64,000 nt of DNA, taken from positions 256,001 to 320,000 of the forward strand of contig CAVYYZ010000002.1 in assembly GCA_963772835.1 (NCBI GenBank). The letters run 5' to 3'. The translations under genes were made by a program, and so were the position numbers. Below the pieces are notes generated by a model. That model was given only the letters and a program-made list of their open reading frames with translations, did no database searches and had not been told where the DNA came from. Source of the DNA: an uncultured delta proteobacterium (lineage in GTDB: Bacteria > Desulfobacterota > Desulfuromonadia > Geobacterales > Pseudopelobacteraceae). Position 1 is the first letter of the stretch. The number at the start of each line of letters is the position of its first letter. Positions 51,924-64,000 of the stretch are shown in pieces.

Positions 51924-52511
51924 ATGTCTCGCACCGCGACAATTGAACGGATCACGAAAGAAACCAGAATACAACTGTCACTGTCAGTTGACGGATCCGG
52001 GAGAGCGAAAATCTGCACTTCAGTTCCATTTCTCGACCATATGCTCAATCTTTTTGCTCGCCATGGGCTTTTTGATCTGGACGTTGAAGCGTGCGGAGAT
52101 ATCGACATCGATTTTCACCATACGGTTGAAGATATCGGGATAGTATTAGGCGACGCATTCAAGCAGGCACTGGGAGAAAAAAAGAGCATCCGCCGCTATG
52201 GTCAGGCGACCGTACCGATGGATGAAACGTTAGCCAGTGTAGCGGTTGACATATCAGGAAGACCGTATCTCGTATATCATGTCAATTTGCCGAAGGTAAA
52301 AATCGGCGAGTTTGATGTAGAACTGGCGCGGGAATTTTTCCAGGCTTTTGTCAACCATTGTGGGCTGAACCTCCACATAAACGTGATGTACGGCGAAAAT
52401 GTCCACCACATCATCGAGGCCTGCTTCAAGGCATTTGCCCGGGCTCTGGACAGCGCCACTCAGCTTGATTCACGTGTGGAAGGGGTTATGTCGACAAAAG
52501 GGGTACTTTGA
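51924..52511 (+). CDS. hisB: Imidazoleglycerol-phosphate dehydratase
   Basis: [25 protein letters not shown] and STKG motifs. Confidence 0.97.
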   Translation: MSRTATIERITKETRIQLSLSVDGSGRAKICTSVPFLDHMLNLFARHGLFDLDVEACGDIDIDFHHTVEDIGIVLGDAFKQALGEKKSIRRYGQATVPMDETLASVAVDISGRPYLVYHVNLPKVKIGEFDVELAREFFQAFVNHCGLNLHINVMYGENVHHIIEACFKAFARALDSATQLDSRVEGVMSTKGVL

Positions 52512-52529
52512 TTTTTTACGTTTCCCCAC

Positions 52530-52565
52530 AAAAAAAGGGCGGCCCGAATACCGGGGCCGCCCTTT
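52530..52565. terminator. Terminator between convergent hisB and cpoB
   Basis: AAAGGGCGGCCC-N8-GGGCCGCCCTTT with an A-tract on the left. Confidence 0.8.
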
Positions 52566-52586
52566 GCCGTCTGGTTCAGTATAGTT

Positions 52587-53420
52587 TTACTTGATTACTC
52601 TCAATAACTCCTTAGCCTTTTTTGCTTCCTCACTTTTTGGAAATCCCTCAATCAGTTTTTTCAATACATATCTGGCACTCTTGTTGTCCTTTATTTCATG
52701 AAAAGCCATGGCCTGTTTCAGCATGGCAGCAACCACCTTCTCCCTGCCGGGATAGTTTTTGATGACATCCTGATAGGACAATATCGCTGCTTCATAATTC
52801 TTTTCACTGTAGTGGGTTTCACCGATCCAATAGTGAGCATTGGCAGCCAGATCATGCTTGGGGTTCTGCTCAAGAAATTTGGAGAACTGCTCCCTCGCAG
52901 TTGCAACATCACCGGCCTTAAGAGAATCAAGAGCTTTCAGATAAAGGGAATCGGGGGTAGAAACGGCCTCATCTTTTTTTGCCGCGGTCATGTCGGCCAT
53001 TTGTTTCGAAAGAGCATCAAGAACTGACTGCTGTTTCAGGAGATTTCCCTCCAGAGAGGCAATGCGTTTGTCAGCATCCTCGCGGTAACGGGCCAGATCC
53101 TCGGCAGGTTTTTTAACGGCGAGAGTTGTATCGTCAAGCTTTCCGTTCAGTGACTGCATCTCATTTTTTGTGCTGTCAATTGTGGCCTGAATGTCAGCAG
53201 ACATTTTCCGAACGGCAGCCACATCTTCCTTAAAACCCTTTTCAATGGCACCGACACTGACTTTCGATTCCTCCCTGGCAGTGGCGAGATCCCTGTCAAT
53301 GGAGAAAAGACGGGTTTTTACAGAGTCAACATCATTGCGTACATTATCAAGGGAACTCTGAGTGGCGCATCCGGGCAAACTTATCACCATCACCAACAGC
53401 ACAGCATTAAGATACTTCAT
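52587..53420 (-). CDS. cpoB: Tol-Pal associated protein YbgF/CpoB
   Basis: LPGC lipobox, coiled coil, C-terminal TPR (NAHYWIGE..Y...A...YQ.V...YP, AMLK, FPKSEEA). Confidence 0.85.
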   Translation of the reverse strand: MKYLNAVLLVMVISLPGCATQSSLDNVRNDVDSVKTRLFSIDRDLATAREESKVSVGAIEKGFKEDVAAVRKMSADIQATIDSTKNEMQSLNGKLDDTTLAVKKPAEDLARYREDADKRIASLEGNLLKQQSVLDALSKQMADMTAAKKDEAVSTPDSLYLKALDSLKAGDVATAREQFSKFLEQNPKHDLAANAHYWIGETHYSEKNYEAAILSYQDVIKNYPGREKVVAAMLKQAMAFHEIKDNKSARYVLKKLIEGFPKSEEAKKAKELLRVIK

Positions 53421-53694
53421 AGATACACTCTCCTTTCCATCCATAGACATACCATGCACGTATATCACGTGTAAATTCAGTTGACAAGTAGTCGACCTGC
53501 CCTGTCACACAAATGAGTGCATCTGCAAACATCTTTGACGCAAATTTTTACGTCGATGAAAGATTTTTTATTGACATATATGACCACATCTAATAGAAAA
53601 CTGGGGTTTATAATCCGGTCACTTAAAATACGGCACCATAATTTAATACCTTGCGTTATGCGGGGTCAAATCAGCGAAAGAGGGGAAACAGTCC

Positions 53695-55704
53695 ATGCAA
53701 CTGCAGATGGCAGCACCAATTCTGGGGATAATCGGTTTAGGGATCGCTTTTGTGATCTACAACTACATCAAGTCCCAACCAGCCGGCACCGAGAAGATGA
53801 TCGAGATTGCCGAAGAGATTCAGAAGGGAGCAATGGCCTTCCTGAAGCGCGAGTATCGGGTTCTTGCCATTTTCATTTTTGTTGTATTCTGTTTAATGTT
53901 TTTTACCCCTTCCCTTGGCTGGCGTACCGCTGTTGCCTTCCTGGGAGGCGCCCTCTGTTCGATTATGGCCGGTTATTTCGGCATGCAGGCCGCCACTAAA
54001 GCCAATGTCAGAACCTCTGAAGCTGCACGTAGTAAGGGGATAGCGGCTGCGCTGATGGTTTCCTACAGCGGCGGTTCGGTTATGGGACTGGCCGTAGCAA
54101 GTCTTGGCCTTATTGGAGTCGGCATCTGCTTCATTATCTGGGGTGATCCTCAGACTACCGTCTATATCAACGGCTTTGCAATGGGAGCGTCTTCTATCGC
54201 CCTCTTTGCCCGCGTCGGTGGCGGCATTTTCACCAAGGCTGCTGATGTCGGTTCCGACCTGGTAGGCAAACTCGAGGCCGGCATTCCTGAGGATGATCCC
54301 CGTAACCCGGGCGTTATCGCTGATAACGTCGGCGACAACGTCGGCGACATCGCCGGGATGGGCGCAGATATTTTTGAATCGTATGTCGGCTCGATTATCG
54401 CCACCATCGCTATCGCCGCAACGGCAAGTGCCAGTACCCTGGCAACACTTGGCGGCACCCAGTCCAACCTGATGTTCCTGCCGATCCTGTTGGCGGTAGT
54501 CGGACTGCTTGCTTCACTCGTCGGAATAGCATCAATGAACGTACTGAAAAATGGTGATCCGGCAGCTGCACTCCGTAATTCCACCTTTATCGGTGCCGGC
54601 CTGTTTCTGATCGGCGCCTGGTTCGCAGTGTCAGCCTTCGGAATCAGTACCGGGGTTTTCTGGTCCGTGCTGCTTGGTACCGTGGCCGGTATCATCATCG
54701 GCCTGATAACGGAATACTATACCTCATCCACTCCTGTCATGCGTGTCGCTGAAGCGTCCCGTACCGGCGCAGCGACCAACATCATTAATGGTCTTGCCAT
54801 CGGCATGGAGAGCGTTGTCGCCCCGGTAATCATGATCTGTCTCGCCATATATGTTTCCAACCTGAATGCCGGTCTGTACGGCATTGCCCTTGCTGCGGTC
54901 GGCATGCTGGCTACCGTCGGCGTAACCATGACCGTTGATGCCTACGGCCCGATCGCCGATAACGCCGGCGGCATCTCCGAGATGGCAGGTCTTGGAAAAG
55001 AAGTGCGTAAAATCACCGACAGCCTTGACGCTCTCGGCAACACGACCGCCGCCATGGGCAAAGGGTTTGCCATCGGCTCTGCCGCACTGACCGCACTGGC
55101 ACTCTACGCAGCGTATGCCGCCAGCGCCGACATATCCTCCATTGATATTACGAAGCCGAAGGTCGTCATCGGCCTGTTTATCGGCGGTTTTGTACCGTTT
55201 CTGATCGCCGCCATGACCATGACTTCAGTCGGCAAGGCAGCCGGCAAGATGGTTGACGAGATTCGCCGCCAGTTCCGGGAGATTCCCGGCCTGCTGGAAG
55301 GGAGGCCGGGTGTCAAGCCGGATTCTCAGACCTGCGTGGATATTTCAACAAAGGCCTCACTTCAGGAGATGATCGCTCCGGCTGTCATAGCAATCCTTGT
55401 ACCACCAATCATCGGCTTTAGCCTCGGGAAAGAAGCGCTGGGAGGCACGCTGGCCGGCGCAACCGTGACAGGCGTCCTGATGGCACTCTTTATGGCCAAT
55501 GCGGGCGGCGTGTGGGATAACGCCAAGAAATTGATTGAAAAAGGTGAGCTGGCCGGGGAGGCGAAGGGTGGCGATGCCCACAAGGCAGCGGTCGTAGGAG
55601 ACACTATCGGCGATCCGTTCAAGGACACCTCCGGTCCTGCAATGAATATTCTCATCAAGCTGATGAGCATTGTTTCTCTCATTATCGCTCCACTCTTACG
55701 ATAA
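53695..55704 (+). CDS. hppA: Membrane-integral pyrophosphatase, K+-dependent, probably Na+-translocating
   Basis: [40 protein letters not shown] and [11 protein letters not shown] motifs. Confidence 0.95.
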   Translation: MQLQMAAPILGIIGLGIAFVIYNYIKSQPAGTEKMIEIAEEIQKGAMAFLKREYRVLAIFIFVVFCLMFFTPSLGWRTAVAFLGGALCSIMAGYFGMQAATKANVRTSEAARSKGIAAALMVSYSGGSVMGLAVASLGLIGVGICFIIWGDPQTTVYINGFAMGASSIALFARVGGGIFTKAADVGSDLVGKLEAGIPEDDPRNPGVIADNVGDNVGDIAGMGADIFESYVGSIIATIAIAATASASTLATLGGTQSNLMFLPILLAVVGLLASLVGIASMNVLKNGDPAAALRNSTFIGAGLFLIGAWFAVSAFGISTGVFWSVLLGTVAGIIIGLITEYYTSSTPVMRVAEASRTGAATNIINGLAIGMESVVAPVIMICLAIYVSNLNAGLYGIALAAVGMLATVGVTMTVDAYGPIADNAGGISEMAGLGKEVRKITDSLDALGNTTAAMGKGFAIGSAALTALALYAAYAASADISSIDITKPKVVIGLFIGGFVPFLIAAMTMTSVGKAAGKMVDEIRRQFREIPGLLEGRPGVKPDSQTCVDISTKASLQEMIAPAVIAILVPPIIGFSLGKEALGGTLAGATVTGVLMALFMANAGGVWDNAKKLIEKGELAGEAKGGDAHKAAVVGDTIGDPFKDTSGPAMNILIKLMSIVSLIIAPLLR

Positions 55705-55733
55705 CTTCTGTTTCTGCGTTAAATGCACGTTCG

Positions 55734-55770
55734 GGCGGTGCGGGGATTTACCCCGTACCGCCTTTTTCTT
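55734..55770 (+). terminator. Intrinsic terminator after hppA
   Basis: GGCGGTGCGGGG-N5-CCCCGTACCGCC followed by TTTTT. Confidence 0.8.
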
Positions 55771-55850
55771 TGCTTTCAGCGTCAAAAGGGATATAGTTCG
55801 TCTATTTTACATCTAAACCCGTATCGTCCACCTGAAAGGTTATCAATTAC

Positions 55851-58109
55851 ATGAGCACACCCATAAGCAAAAAGATGCTGATTAATGTTATGCACCCCGA
55901 GGAAACACGTGTGGCAATTGTTCACGACGGTCGTCTGATGGAGTTAAACATTGAAATCAGCGGCAAAGAACAGATCAAGGGGAATATTTACAAAGGGATT
56001 GTATTGCGGGTTGAACCTGGATTACAGGCCGCATTTGTCGATATTGGCCGTGCCAAACCCGGATTTCTCCAGATTGGTGAGCTGCATCCCGATTACTGGG
56101 AATGGCGCGAAGATCTCCCTGAGGAGCAACGCAAACGCCACCCACGCATCCAGGAGGTTCTCCATCGTGGTCAGGAGCTGCTGGTGCAGGTCGAAAAGGA
56201 TGAACGGGATAATAAAGGTTCAGCCCTGACGACCTATGTCTCCCTGCCGGGCCGCTATATGGTGATGATGCCGGGTAGCGACTCCACCGGTATCTCCCGA
56301 AAGGTTGAGCAGGAAGGTGCCCGCAAAAAACTGAAAGAGATTGTAGCCGGGATGGATATACCTGAGGGAACCGGCTATATCATGCGTACCGAAGCGGTAG
56401 GACGCTCCGCTGAAGAGTTGCAGAAGGATTTCACAAATCTGACCGAACTCTATCAGTCAATCAAACAGGGGGCTTCCGAAATAAAAGGGGCGGGTGAGAT
56501 TTATCGCGACAGCGGCCTGATCATTCGTACAATACGGGACTATTTTTCGGATGATATCGATGAGGTCCTGGTCGACAGCAAGGATGCCTACCGGGAGGCC
56601 AAGGAGTTTTTTCGCGACACCATGCCGTCCTGCGAAAAGAGGGTTAAGCTGCACAAGGAAAAACGGCCGATTTTTTCCCGCTTTCAGCTTGAGGAGCAGA
56701 TCGACCAGATCTATGAAAAACGGGTACCACTCCCTTCCGGAGGGTCACTGATCATCGAGCCGACGGAAGCGCTGGTCTCGATTGATGTCAATTCGGGAAA
56801 ATCAAGCGGAGAGCGTGGCATCGAAGATACGGCATACAAGGCCAACATGGAGGCGGCTGAAGAGGTCGCCCGTCAACTGCGGTTGCGTGACCTGGGTGGC
56901 TTGATTGTTATTGACTTCATCGACATGCGAGAAAACAAGCATAACAGTGAGGTTGAGAGAACACTGAAAAATGCTCTCAAAATGGATAAGGCCCGGGTCA
57001 ACGTCGGACGCATTTCACAATTCGGGATTATGGAGATGTCACGCCAACGGATAGCCAAGACACTGAATGACGCTATCCATCTTGAATGCCCGCATTGTGA
57101 AGGTCGCGGCAAAGTCAAATCTGTTGAAGCCATGGCGGTTTCTTTCCTGCGCAAGGTCCATGCCGCCGCCGCCAAAGGAACCGTTGCAGAAGTACGCGGC
57201 GGACTGCCGCTGGAGGTTGCGTATTACCTCCTCAACAGAAAAAAGCGTGAACTGACCCAGATTGAGAATGATTATGAGATCGAAGTAACCGTCAAAGGCA
57301 AAACGTCTTTCCTGCTCAATCAGTTGGAACTTGAAACTGTAAAGCGCGAAAAGCCGCATCTTGAGGATGTACTCAAAAGTGAAGCCGAGGCGGAAGAAGC
57401 CCACAAACCTGACGCTGCAAACGCTCACGTATCGCTTTCTCCTGCAGATGAGGAGCACAAGGCCGAAGCAGGCGCTCCTGCCGAGGGTGGCAAAAAACGG
57501 AAGCGGCGTAAAAAGAAGAAGAAAACAACCGGTGACGTTCACCAGGAAGCGGCGGAAACCGGCCAGCGTGAACCGGAGATGGAACAGGACAGTACTGCTC
57601 CGGCGGGAGATGCTCCTGAAATAGATGACAACTCCGTGATGGAAGCAGGGGAAGCAGGTGACGGGGCAGCAGACCAGGCAGTGAAACCAAAAAAGCGAAA
57701 GCGCAGACGTAGTCGCAGCAAAGCACATAAAGATCATGATCTGTCTCTGGAGGCGGCACCTGGAGCGCCTGCGTCTGATCCTGATTCGGCGGAGGTCTCT
57801 GATGCTGTTGTGACACAAACAGTTGAAGTCCCGTCAGAAATCAAGAAGAAACCTTCCCGGGCACCGCGCAAGAAGAGCCCTAAACCAGTTGTTGAAGAAC
57901 CTGAATCATTTGTGCCTGTTGCCGAAACAGCCGCCATTATCGCGCCGCTTCCGGCGCAGAAGAAACCGCGACGGGCTGCAACGAAAAAGGGTCCTGAAAT
58001 CGATGCGCCCGCCTCTGAAGCGCACCAGGATGCACTTTCAGAAAAACCGAAGCCGGCCAAACGGAAAACCGCTCCAAAAAGGCCCAAAGAAAAACCTGAG
58101 AATCCGTAA
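55851..58109 (+). CDS. rne: Ribonuclease E/G family with a long disordered C-terminus
   Basis: GNIYKG..RVEPGLQAAFVD, IDVNSG, RLRDLGGLIVIDFIDM and CPHC motifs; ~250-aa charged tail. Confidence 0.9.
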   Translation: MSTPISKKMLINVMHPEETRVAIVHDGRLMELNIEISGKEQIKGNIYKGIVLRVEPGLQAAFVDIGRAKPGFLQIGELHPDYWEWREDLPEEQRKRHPRIQEVLHRGQELLVQVEKDERDNKGSALTTYVSLPGRYMVMMPGSDSTGISRKVEQEGARKKLKEIVAGMDIPEGTGYIMRTEAVGRSAEELQKDFTNLTELYQSIKQGASEIKGAGEIYRDSGLIIRTIRDYFSDDIDEVLVDSKDAYREAKEFFRDTMPSCEKRVKLHKEKRPIFSRFQLEEQIDQIYEKRVPLPSGGSLIIEPTEALVSIDVNSGKSSGERGIEDTAYKANMEAAEEVARQLRLRDLGGLIVIDFIDMRENKHNSEVERTLKNALKMDKARVNVGRISQFGIMEMSRQRIAKTLNDAIHLECPHCEGRGKVKSVEAMAVSFLRKVHAAAAKGTVAEVRGGLPLEVAYYLLNRKKRELTQIENDYEIEVTVKGKTSFLLNQLELETVKREKPHLEDVLKSEAEAEEAHKPDAANAHVSLSPADEEHKAEAGAPAEGGKKRKRRKKKKKTTGDVHQEAAETGQREPEMEQDSTAPAGDAPEIDDNSVMEAGEAGDGAADQAVKPKKRKRRRSRSKAHKDHDLSLEAAPGAPASDPDSAEVSDAVVTQTVEVPSEIKKKPSRAPRKKSPKPVVEEPESFVPVAETAAIIAPLPAQKKPRRAATKKGPEIDAPASEAHQDALSEKPKPAKRKTAPKRPKEKPENP

Positions 58110-58272
58110 ATCGACACCACCGCCGACCTTGGAAATAGTCCTTTTTTCTTGACCTGGGCGGTGGTTGACGATATTTATAAACGCTTGTTTTCGAACTCCG
58201 AAGACAGTTTTCATGCGTTATCAAACTAATTTTCTAAAACTTATTTTTGACGTGAAAGGTTGAACCTCAATC

Positions 58273-59751
58273 ATGGAAGAACTCAGCGAACTCCTGCTCC
58301 AAAGGCGCCGCAAAGTTGATGCGCTCTGGGAAGCGGGTATAAACCCCTACCCCAATGACTTCAAACCGAAGCATACTTCAGCCGACATTATCGCCATGTA
58401 CGGCACCGTTGAACAGATCGAAGCAACGGATACCAGTTTGAGTGTCGCCGGACGCATTCTGGCACGCAGATCTTTTGGAAAAGCGGCTTTTATACAGCTT
58501 CAGGACAGAAAAGGGCGCATTCAACTGTATGTCAAAAAAGAAGAGATCGGTGAAGAGGCGTTTGCCGTTTTTGATTCATTCGACATCGGTGATATCGTTG
58601 GCGCTGTAGGACATCCGTTTCGCACCAAAACCGGCGAACTCTCACTGCACATCCGCTCCATACGATTACTGGTTAAATCGCTCCTGCCGCTTCCGGAAAA
58701 ATTCCACGGATTGACCGATGTTGAAACCCGCTACCGTCAGCGCTATGTTGACCTGATTGTGAATCCGGAAGCCCGTGAAATATTTATCAAACGCTCGCGG
58801 ATCGTAAACCTGATCCGCAGCTTCATGTCGAGCCGCGATTTTCTCGAAGTTGAGACCCCTATGATGCACCAGATTCCGGGCGGGGCTACTGCACGGCCGT
58901 TTATCACCCATCACAACACTCTTGACATGGAACTGTACCTCCGTGTGGCTCCGGAGTTGTACCTGAAACGGCTTGTTGTCGGGGGACTTGAGAGAGTATT
59001 CGAGATAAACCGCAACTTCCGCAACGAAGGCATTTCTGTACGTCACAACCCGGAATTTACCATGATGGAATTCTATCAGGCGTATGCAACATACGAAGAC
59101 TTGATGGATTTCACTGAAGAACTGTTCTGTCACATCGCCCAGGAGATCCTCGGCACTCTGGAGATCACCAATCAGGGCCTTGCCATCAGCTTTCAGCGCC
59201 CCTGGAAACGACTGACTGTCCGTGATGCCATACTGGAATATGGTGACATAGAAGCGCGACAACTGGACGATCGTGATCTTGCTCTGTCGTACGCCCGCAG
59301 TATCGGGCTGCCATTGCCGGATGGCATCACCTATGGAAAACTCCTTATGGAGATTTTTGAAGAGGTGGCCGAACACAAACTGATTCAACCGACCTTTATC
59401 ACCGCATACCCCACCGAGGTTTCACCGTTATCGCGCAAGAACGACCACAATCCCGAAATTGTCGATCGTTTTGAATTGATTATCGGCGGGCGTGAAATTG
59501 CCAACGCCTTCTCGGAATTAAATGATCCGGTGGACCAGAAAGAACGTTTTCTGGCTCAGGTTGCCGAAAAAGACAAGGGAGATGAAGAAGCGCACTATAT
59601 GGATGAAGATTATGTCCGCGCTCTGGAGTATGGGCTTCCGCCTACGGCAGGAGAGGGTATCGGTATTGATCGTCTGGTAATGCTTCTGACCGACTCACCT
59701 TCGATACGGGATGTCATCCTGTTCCCGCAACTTCGCAAGGAAGTCAAATAG
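58273..59751 (+). CDS. lysS: Lysine--tRNA ligase (class II)
   Basis: [33 protein letters not shown] and GIGIDRL motifs. Confidence 0.98.
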   Translation: MEELSELLLQRRRKVDALWEAGINPYPNDFKPKHTSADIIAMYGTVEQIEATDTSLSVAGRILARRSFGKAAFIQLQDRKGRIQLYVKKEEIGEEAFAVFDSFDIGDIVGAVGHPFRTKTGELSLHIRSIRLLVKSLLPLPEKFHGLTDVETRYRQRYVDLIVNPEAREIFIKRSRIVNLIRSFMSSRDFLEVETPMMHQIPGGATARPFITHHNTLDMELYLRVAPELYLKRLVVGGLERVFEINRNFRNEGISVRHNPEFTMMEFYQAYATYEDLMDFTEELFCHIAQEILGTLEITNQGLAISFQRPWKRLTVRDAILEYGDIEARQLDDRDLALSYARSIGLPLPDGITYGKLLMEIFEEVAEHKLIQPTFITAYPTEVSPLSRKNDHNPEIVDRFELIIGGREIANAFSELNDPVDQKERFLAQVAEKDKGDEEAHYMDEDYVRALEYGLPPTAGEGIGIDRLVMLLTDSPSIRDVILFPQLRKEVK

Positions 59752-59754
59752 ACG

Positions 59755-61017
59755 ATGCCATTTGAACTCTTTATCGGACTGCGATATCTGAAAGCCAAAC
59801 GCAAATCGACCTTCATTTCGATCATCACCTTTATCTCTACCGCCGGAGTTGCACTCGGCGTCATGGCTTTGATAGTGGTTCTGGCAGTAATGACCGGCTT
59901 TGAAAATGACCTTAAGGATAAGATTCTCGGTACAAACGCTCATATAGTAGTCATCAGAAGCGGTGCGCCGATGGAAAACTATCAATCGGTGATTGAAAAG
60001 CTGAAAGGCTTTAAGGGAGTCCAGGCCGCGACTCCTTTTATCTACAACCAGGTCATGCTCTCTTCCGGCAAGAATGTATCCGGCGTGGTTCTGCGTGGGA
60101 TTGATGTCGCTACTGACCGTCTGGTTACACGCCTCAGCAAGTCGGTTGTCGAAGGAAATATTGACGGGCTCGATCCAAAAATGGGACAGGGGACTGACAC
60201 AACACCCGGCTTGATGGTTGGAAAAGAACTGGCCAAGCATCTCAACCTGTTCCTGGGAGACAAGGTAAACGTCATTTCGCCGATGGGCAATATTACGCCG
60301 CTCGGCATGATGCCGCGCATGAAACCGTTCAGGATTACCGGTATATTCAACACCGGCATGTTTGAATACGACTCGACTCTGGCATACGTAAGCATAGATC
60401 AGGCCCAGCGTTTTTTTGATCTCGGGGATACTGTCACCGGAATACAGCTCAAGGTCGACGATGTATATCACACCGATGAACTGGCCAGGAGTATCAATCA
60501 GGAAATGGGGATGAACTTCTACGCGCGGGACTGGATGCAGATGAACAAAAACATACTGTTTGCACTGAAGACTGAAAAAATTGTCATGTTTGTAATCCTG
60601 ACCCTGATTGTGCTTGTGGCGGCCTTTGGAATAGCCTCAACACTCTTTATGGTTGTCATGGAAAAAACCCGGGATATCGCTATTCTTAAATCAATGGGCG
60701 CCACTGCCGCCAGTATCATGAAAATTTTTGTACTCGAGGGATTGATTATCGGGGTTATCGGCACACTCGTTGGTGTCGCATCGGGACTGCTGGTCGCCCT
60801 CAATCTGGAACCGATCATCAACGTAATCCAGAAGATAACCGGGCAGAATTTCTTCCGCAAGGACATTTACTATCTTGATCACTTCCCCTCGCTGGTTGTG
60901 CCGTCTGATGTTGTGCTTATTTCCGTCACCGCCGTATTGATCTCATTTCTTGCAACGCTTTATCCGGCCTGGCAGGCTTCCCGGATGCTGCCGGCCGAGG
61001 CACTTCGCTATGAGTAA
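59755..61017 (+). CDS. lolE: Lipoprotein-releasing ABC transporter permease (LolC/E family)
   Basis: LRYL, GVALGV.ALI.VLAVM.GF, DIAILK.MGA and [15 protein letters not shown] motifs. Confidence 0.92.
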   Translation: MPFELFIGLRYLKAKRKSTFISIITFISTAGVALGVMALIVVLAVMTGFENDLKDKILGTNAHIVVIRSGAPMENYQSVIEKLKGFKGVQAATPFIYNQVMLSSGKNVSGVVLRGIDVATDRLVTRLSKSVVEGNIDGLDPKMGQGTDTTPGLMVGKELAKHLNLFLGDKVNVISPMGNITPLGMMPRMKPFRITGIFNTGMFEYDSTLAYVSIDQAQRFFDLGDTVTGIQLKVDDVYHTDELARSINQEMGMNFYARDWMQMNKNILFALKTEKIVMFVILTLIVLVAAFGIASTLFMVVMEKTRDIAILKSMGATAASIMKIFVLEGLIIGVIGTLVGVASGLLVALNLEPIINVIQKITGQNFFRKDIYYLDHFPSLVVPSDVVLISVTAVLISFLATLYPAWQASRMLPAEALRYE

Positions 61018-61726
61018 CCTGCTTGAGGTGCGAGGTCTCAGTAAATCGTACTCCACCGGTGCGAATACGCTTGAGGTGCTCAGCGGAATTGATCTTGACC
61101 TGGAGATAGGCACCACGACAGCACTCGTCGGCGCCTCCGGCGCCGGGAAAAGCACACTGATGCATCTCCTGGGGGCGCTTGACCGCCCGACTTCCGGAAC
61201 AGTCTGTTTTCGCGGGGAAAATATTTTCAAAAAAAATGAGCGCCATCTGGCGGCCTTCAGGAATCGAAGCATCGGCTTTGTTTTTCAATTTCACCATCTG
61301 CTGCCGGAATTCACTGCGCTTGAAAACGTCATGATGCCGGCATTAATCGCCAGAATCCCTCGCAGCAAGGCCATCTCCATTGCGGAGGGACTGTTGGCTG
61401 ATGTGGGCCTTGCGCAGCGCATGACACATCGACCGGGGGAATTATCCGGCGGTGAGCAGCAGCGGGTTGCCATCGCCCGCGCGCTAGTTCTTGAGCCTGA
61501 ACTGCTGCTTGCCGATGAACCGACCGGTAACCTTGACATGAAAACAAGTGACAGTATTCATGCCATGCTTGCAGAACTGCAGGAGAAAAAGGGATTAACT
61601 CTGGTGATAGTGACACACAATGAACGATTGGCAGCGGCAATGGGAACAACCATTCATCTGGTAGACGGCAGACTGGACAAAACTACAAGTTATTCGGGGG
61701 AAGCGTGCCCAGTTTTAAAACAATAA
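61010..61726 (+). CDS. lolD: Lipoprotein-releasing ABC transporter ATPase
   Basis: [26 protein letters not shown] and ADEPTGNLD motifs. Confidence 0.93.
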   Translation: MSNLLEVRGLSKSYSTGANTLEVLSGIDLDLEIGTTTALVGASGAGKSTLMHLLGALDRPTSGTVCFRGENIFKKNERHLAAFRNRSIGFVFQFHHLLPEFTALENVMMPALIARIPRSKAISIAEGLLADVGLAQRMTHRPGELSGGEQQRVAIARALVLEPELLLADEPTGNLDMKTSDSIHAMLAELQEKKGLTLVIVTHNERLAAAMGTTIHLVDGRLDKTTSYSGEACPVLKQ

Positions 61727-63993
61727 TATCATCCGTACTGTTTACATCGATGTTCTGCACAGCACTCGCCCATGCAGAAGGAGAGAAGCTGGTTGAAATC
61801 AGAATCGACGGGAACCGTCGCATTGAATCCGCGGCAATTCTGAACGTAATCAAGATGCACGCCGGCGATATCCTCTACAACGACAAAACTGATGCGGATA
61901 TCAGAGCTATCTACAAGCTGGGGCATTTTCAGGATGTTCAGGCCCTGAAGGAAGAATCGGACAAAGGGGTTATACTGGTCTACTCCGTTCAGGAAAAGTC
62001 TATCGTTCGGGAGATTACGTTTGAGGGCAACAAGGAAATTACAACAGAGAAGCTGAAGGAGGCGCTCGAGTTCCGGCAGAATTCGGTTTTTTCATCTAAA
62101 GATCTTGCCAAGAGCGCTGCCAAAATTAAAAAAATGTATGGCGACGAGGGATATTATCTCGCAGACATCCAGACTCAGACGAAGAAAAGTTCTTCAAGTG
62201 ACGTGTCGGTTATTATTAAGGTTGTTGAAGGGGCAAAGATCCTTATAAAAGAGATCCACTTTGACGGCAACAAGGCATTCAGCGACAGCAAACTGAAGGG
62301 TGTAATGGAGACCAAAGAGAAATGGTTCATGTCCTGGCTGACAGGAGCGGGTGCGTATAAGGAAGAGGTACTTAAAAATGATGCGCTGCTGCTTGCCGAC
62401 CATTACCTCAACAACGGATATATCAATATCAAGGTTGGTGAGCCTACCGTAAAGCTGAACGATGCAAAAACCTCATTGGATGTCTACATCGGCATTACCG
62501 AAGGTGAACAATACCGGATCGGTGAAATCGGATTTAAGGGAGAACTGCTGGAACCGGCGGCCACTCTTCGCAGTAAACTGAAAAGTGAGCCTGGAGAAAT
62601 ATTCAACCGTTCCATTCTGCGCACCGATATCGGCGTTCTGACCGATGTGTACGGTGACAAGGGGTATGCCTTCGCTACGATTAATCCACAGACCCACCTG
62701 GACAACGACAAAAAGATCGTTGATATGTCTTTTGACATTGAAAAGGGTGAACTGGTGTCAATCGAGCGGATAAATGTTTCCGGCAATCCTAAAACCCGCG
62801 ACAAGGTTATCCGGCGAGAAATGCGCGTAACAGAAAGCGAACTGTACAGTGCTTCCGGTTTAAAGCGCAGCAAGCAGAACCTGATGAATCTGGGCTTCTT
62901 TGAAGAGGCGAATATTGCAACCGCGAAAGGGAGCGCCAGTAACAAACTTAATGTGAATGTCGAAGTCAAAGAAAAACCGACCGGAACGTTCAGTATTGGT
63001 GGCGGCTACAGTTCTCTTGATGGCTTCATCGCCCAGGGCTCCGTTCAGCAGTCAAACCTGTTCGGTTTAGGATTGAAAGCGAACCTGTCTGCTTCCGTCG
63101 GCAAAAAGTCTCAGACATACTCTCTTGGGTTAACCGACCCACATTTCATGGATACGAAATGGTCACTGGGAGGAGACATCTACCGTTCAGAGCGTGAATA
63201 TACAGATTATACAAAGCGTCTCGTCGGTGCCGACATCAAAGGCGGTTATCCGATTAGCGACACCCTCGGCACATTCCTGATGTACAAGTATGAAATAAAG
63301 GATATTTTCAAGCCAAGTGTTGCATACACGGCGCTTAACAAGACAGATTCCGGTAACTACCCGATCGGCACGACAACCACCAGTGCCGTAACGAGCAGCA
63401 TCACCCACAATAATACCGATTACCGGCTTGACCCGTCGATCGGCATGATCAACTCGTTGTCGGCGGAGTACGCCGGTCTGGGTGGTGACAATAGATATGC
63501 CCGTTTCATTACAGAGCACACCTACTTTCACCCGCTCTACAAGAAATTAGTCGCATCAACTAAATTGTCTTTAGGGTATATTATGGAAGTCGGCCAGCAG
63601 ATCCCGATTGATGAAAAGTTCTATCTGGGCGGTATCTACTCGCTGCGCGGTTACAAGACCAGGACCGTGTCACCGACTAAACCCACCATACCGACTAATG
63701 TTGACACCGTAGTCTACCTCGGTGGTAACACGGAGATCTACGGAAATGTTGAATTGACGCTGCCGCTGCTTGCTGAAGTCGGGATCAAAGGGGTCGTGTT
63801 TTTCGACTACGGCAACTCTTTTAACGACAGGACAACCGTAATCGATACCATGCTGATGAGCTATGGCTGGGGGATTCGCTGGGCTTCACCCATCGGACCG
63901 CTTCGTCTCGAATACGGCATACCGATCAATCCACGGCCTGTAATCGACAGCACAAAAGGACGACTTGAATTCTCTATCGGCACAATGTTTTAG
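61705..63993 (+). CDS. bamA: Outer membrane protein assembly factor
   Basis: Five POTRA-like repeats, [18 protein letters not shown] and a C-terminal Phe. Confidence 0.95.
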   Translation: MPSFKTIISSVLFTSMFCTALAHAEGEKLVEIRIDGNRRIESAAILNVIKMHAGDILYNDKTDADIRAIYKLGHFQDVQALKEESDKGVILVYSVQEKSIVREITFEGNKEITTEKLKEALEFRQNSVFSSKDLAKSAAKIKKMYGDEGYYLADIQTQTKKSSSSDVSVIIKVVEGAKILIKEIHFDGNKAFSDSKLKGVMETKEKWFMSWLTGAGAYKEEVLKNDALLLADHYLNNGYINIKVGEPTVKLNDAKTSLDVYIGITEGEQYRIGEIGFKGELLEPAATLRSKLKSEPGEIFNRSILRTDIGVLTDVYGDKGYAFATINPQTHLDNDKKIVDMSFDIEKGELVSIERINVSGNPKTRDKVIRREMRVTESELYSASGLKRSKQNLMNLGFFEEANIATAKGSASNKLNVNVEVKEKPTGTFSIGGGYSSLDGFIAQGSVQQSNLFGLGLKANLSASVGKKSQTYSLGLTDPHFMDTKWSLGGDIYRSEREYTDYTKRLVGADIKGGYPISDTLGTFLMYKYEIKDIFKPSVAYTALNKTDSGNYPIGTTTTSAVTSSITHNNTDYRLDPSIGMINSLSAEYAGLGGDNRYARFITEHTYFHPLYKKLVASTKLSLGYIMEVGQQIPIDEKFYLGGIYSLRGYKTRTVSPTKPTIPTNVDTVVYLGGNTEIYGNVELTLPLLAEVGIKGVVFFDYGNSFNDRTTVIDTMLMSYGWGIRWASPIGPLRLEYGIPINPRPVIDSTKGRLEFSIGTMF

Positions 63994-64000
63994 ATCAGGG

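Noticed and set aside
57480..58109. Basic low-complexity runs in the RNase E tail
   Set aside because: Expected disordered RNA-binding/scaffold region, not a DNA repeat.
1..64000. CRISPR array, IS, prophage or rRNA
   Set aside because: No regularly spaced repeats, transposase, integrase, phage or rRNA signatures seen.

Overview
A 64 kb chromosomal window from a Geobacteraceae-like (Desulfuromonadia) bacterium. The taxonomy is inferred from gene order (nadC-birA-coaX-fusA, surE-pcm-rpoS-apt, murA-hisG, lysS-lolE-lolD-bamA) and a fused nuoBCD. Most of it is housekeeping: maeB, cofactor genes, ruvCA, xseAB-ispA-dxs, his genes, hppA, rne, lysS and Lol/Bam, plus tRNA-Pro(TGG), tRNA-Val(CAC) and tRNA-Arg(CCT). 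I found no integrase, IS or CRISPR array. An ~11 kb accessory-looking patch follows tRNA-Arg (GH16-FnIII lipoprotein, lipoprotein, lone receiver, nuoA-nuoBCD, hybrid kinase/HD-GYP pair). The main leads are: (1) an unannotated ~280-nt promoter-to-terminator unit at 40.0-40.3 kb with two repeated SD/hairpin/mini-peptide (D[TI]PPE) modules; (2) an isolated, apparently leaderless nuoA-nuoBCD mini-operon; (3) scattered parts of a Myxococcus-like polarity/pilus-activation toolkit (degenerate MglA paralog, SgmX-like TPR protein next to an AMIN protein, two DUF4388/DUF2226-like paralogs); (4) several normally contiguous operons cut short; (5) a K+-dependent Na+-type membrane pyrophosphatase. All family assignments come from reading motifs by eye; no searches were run.
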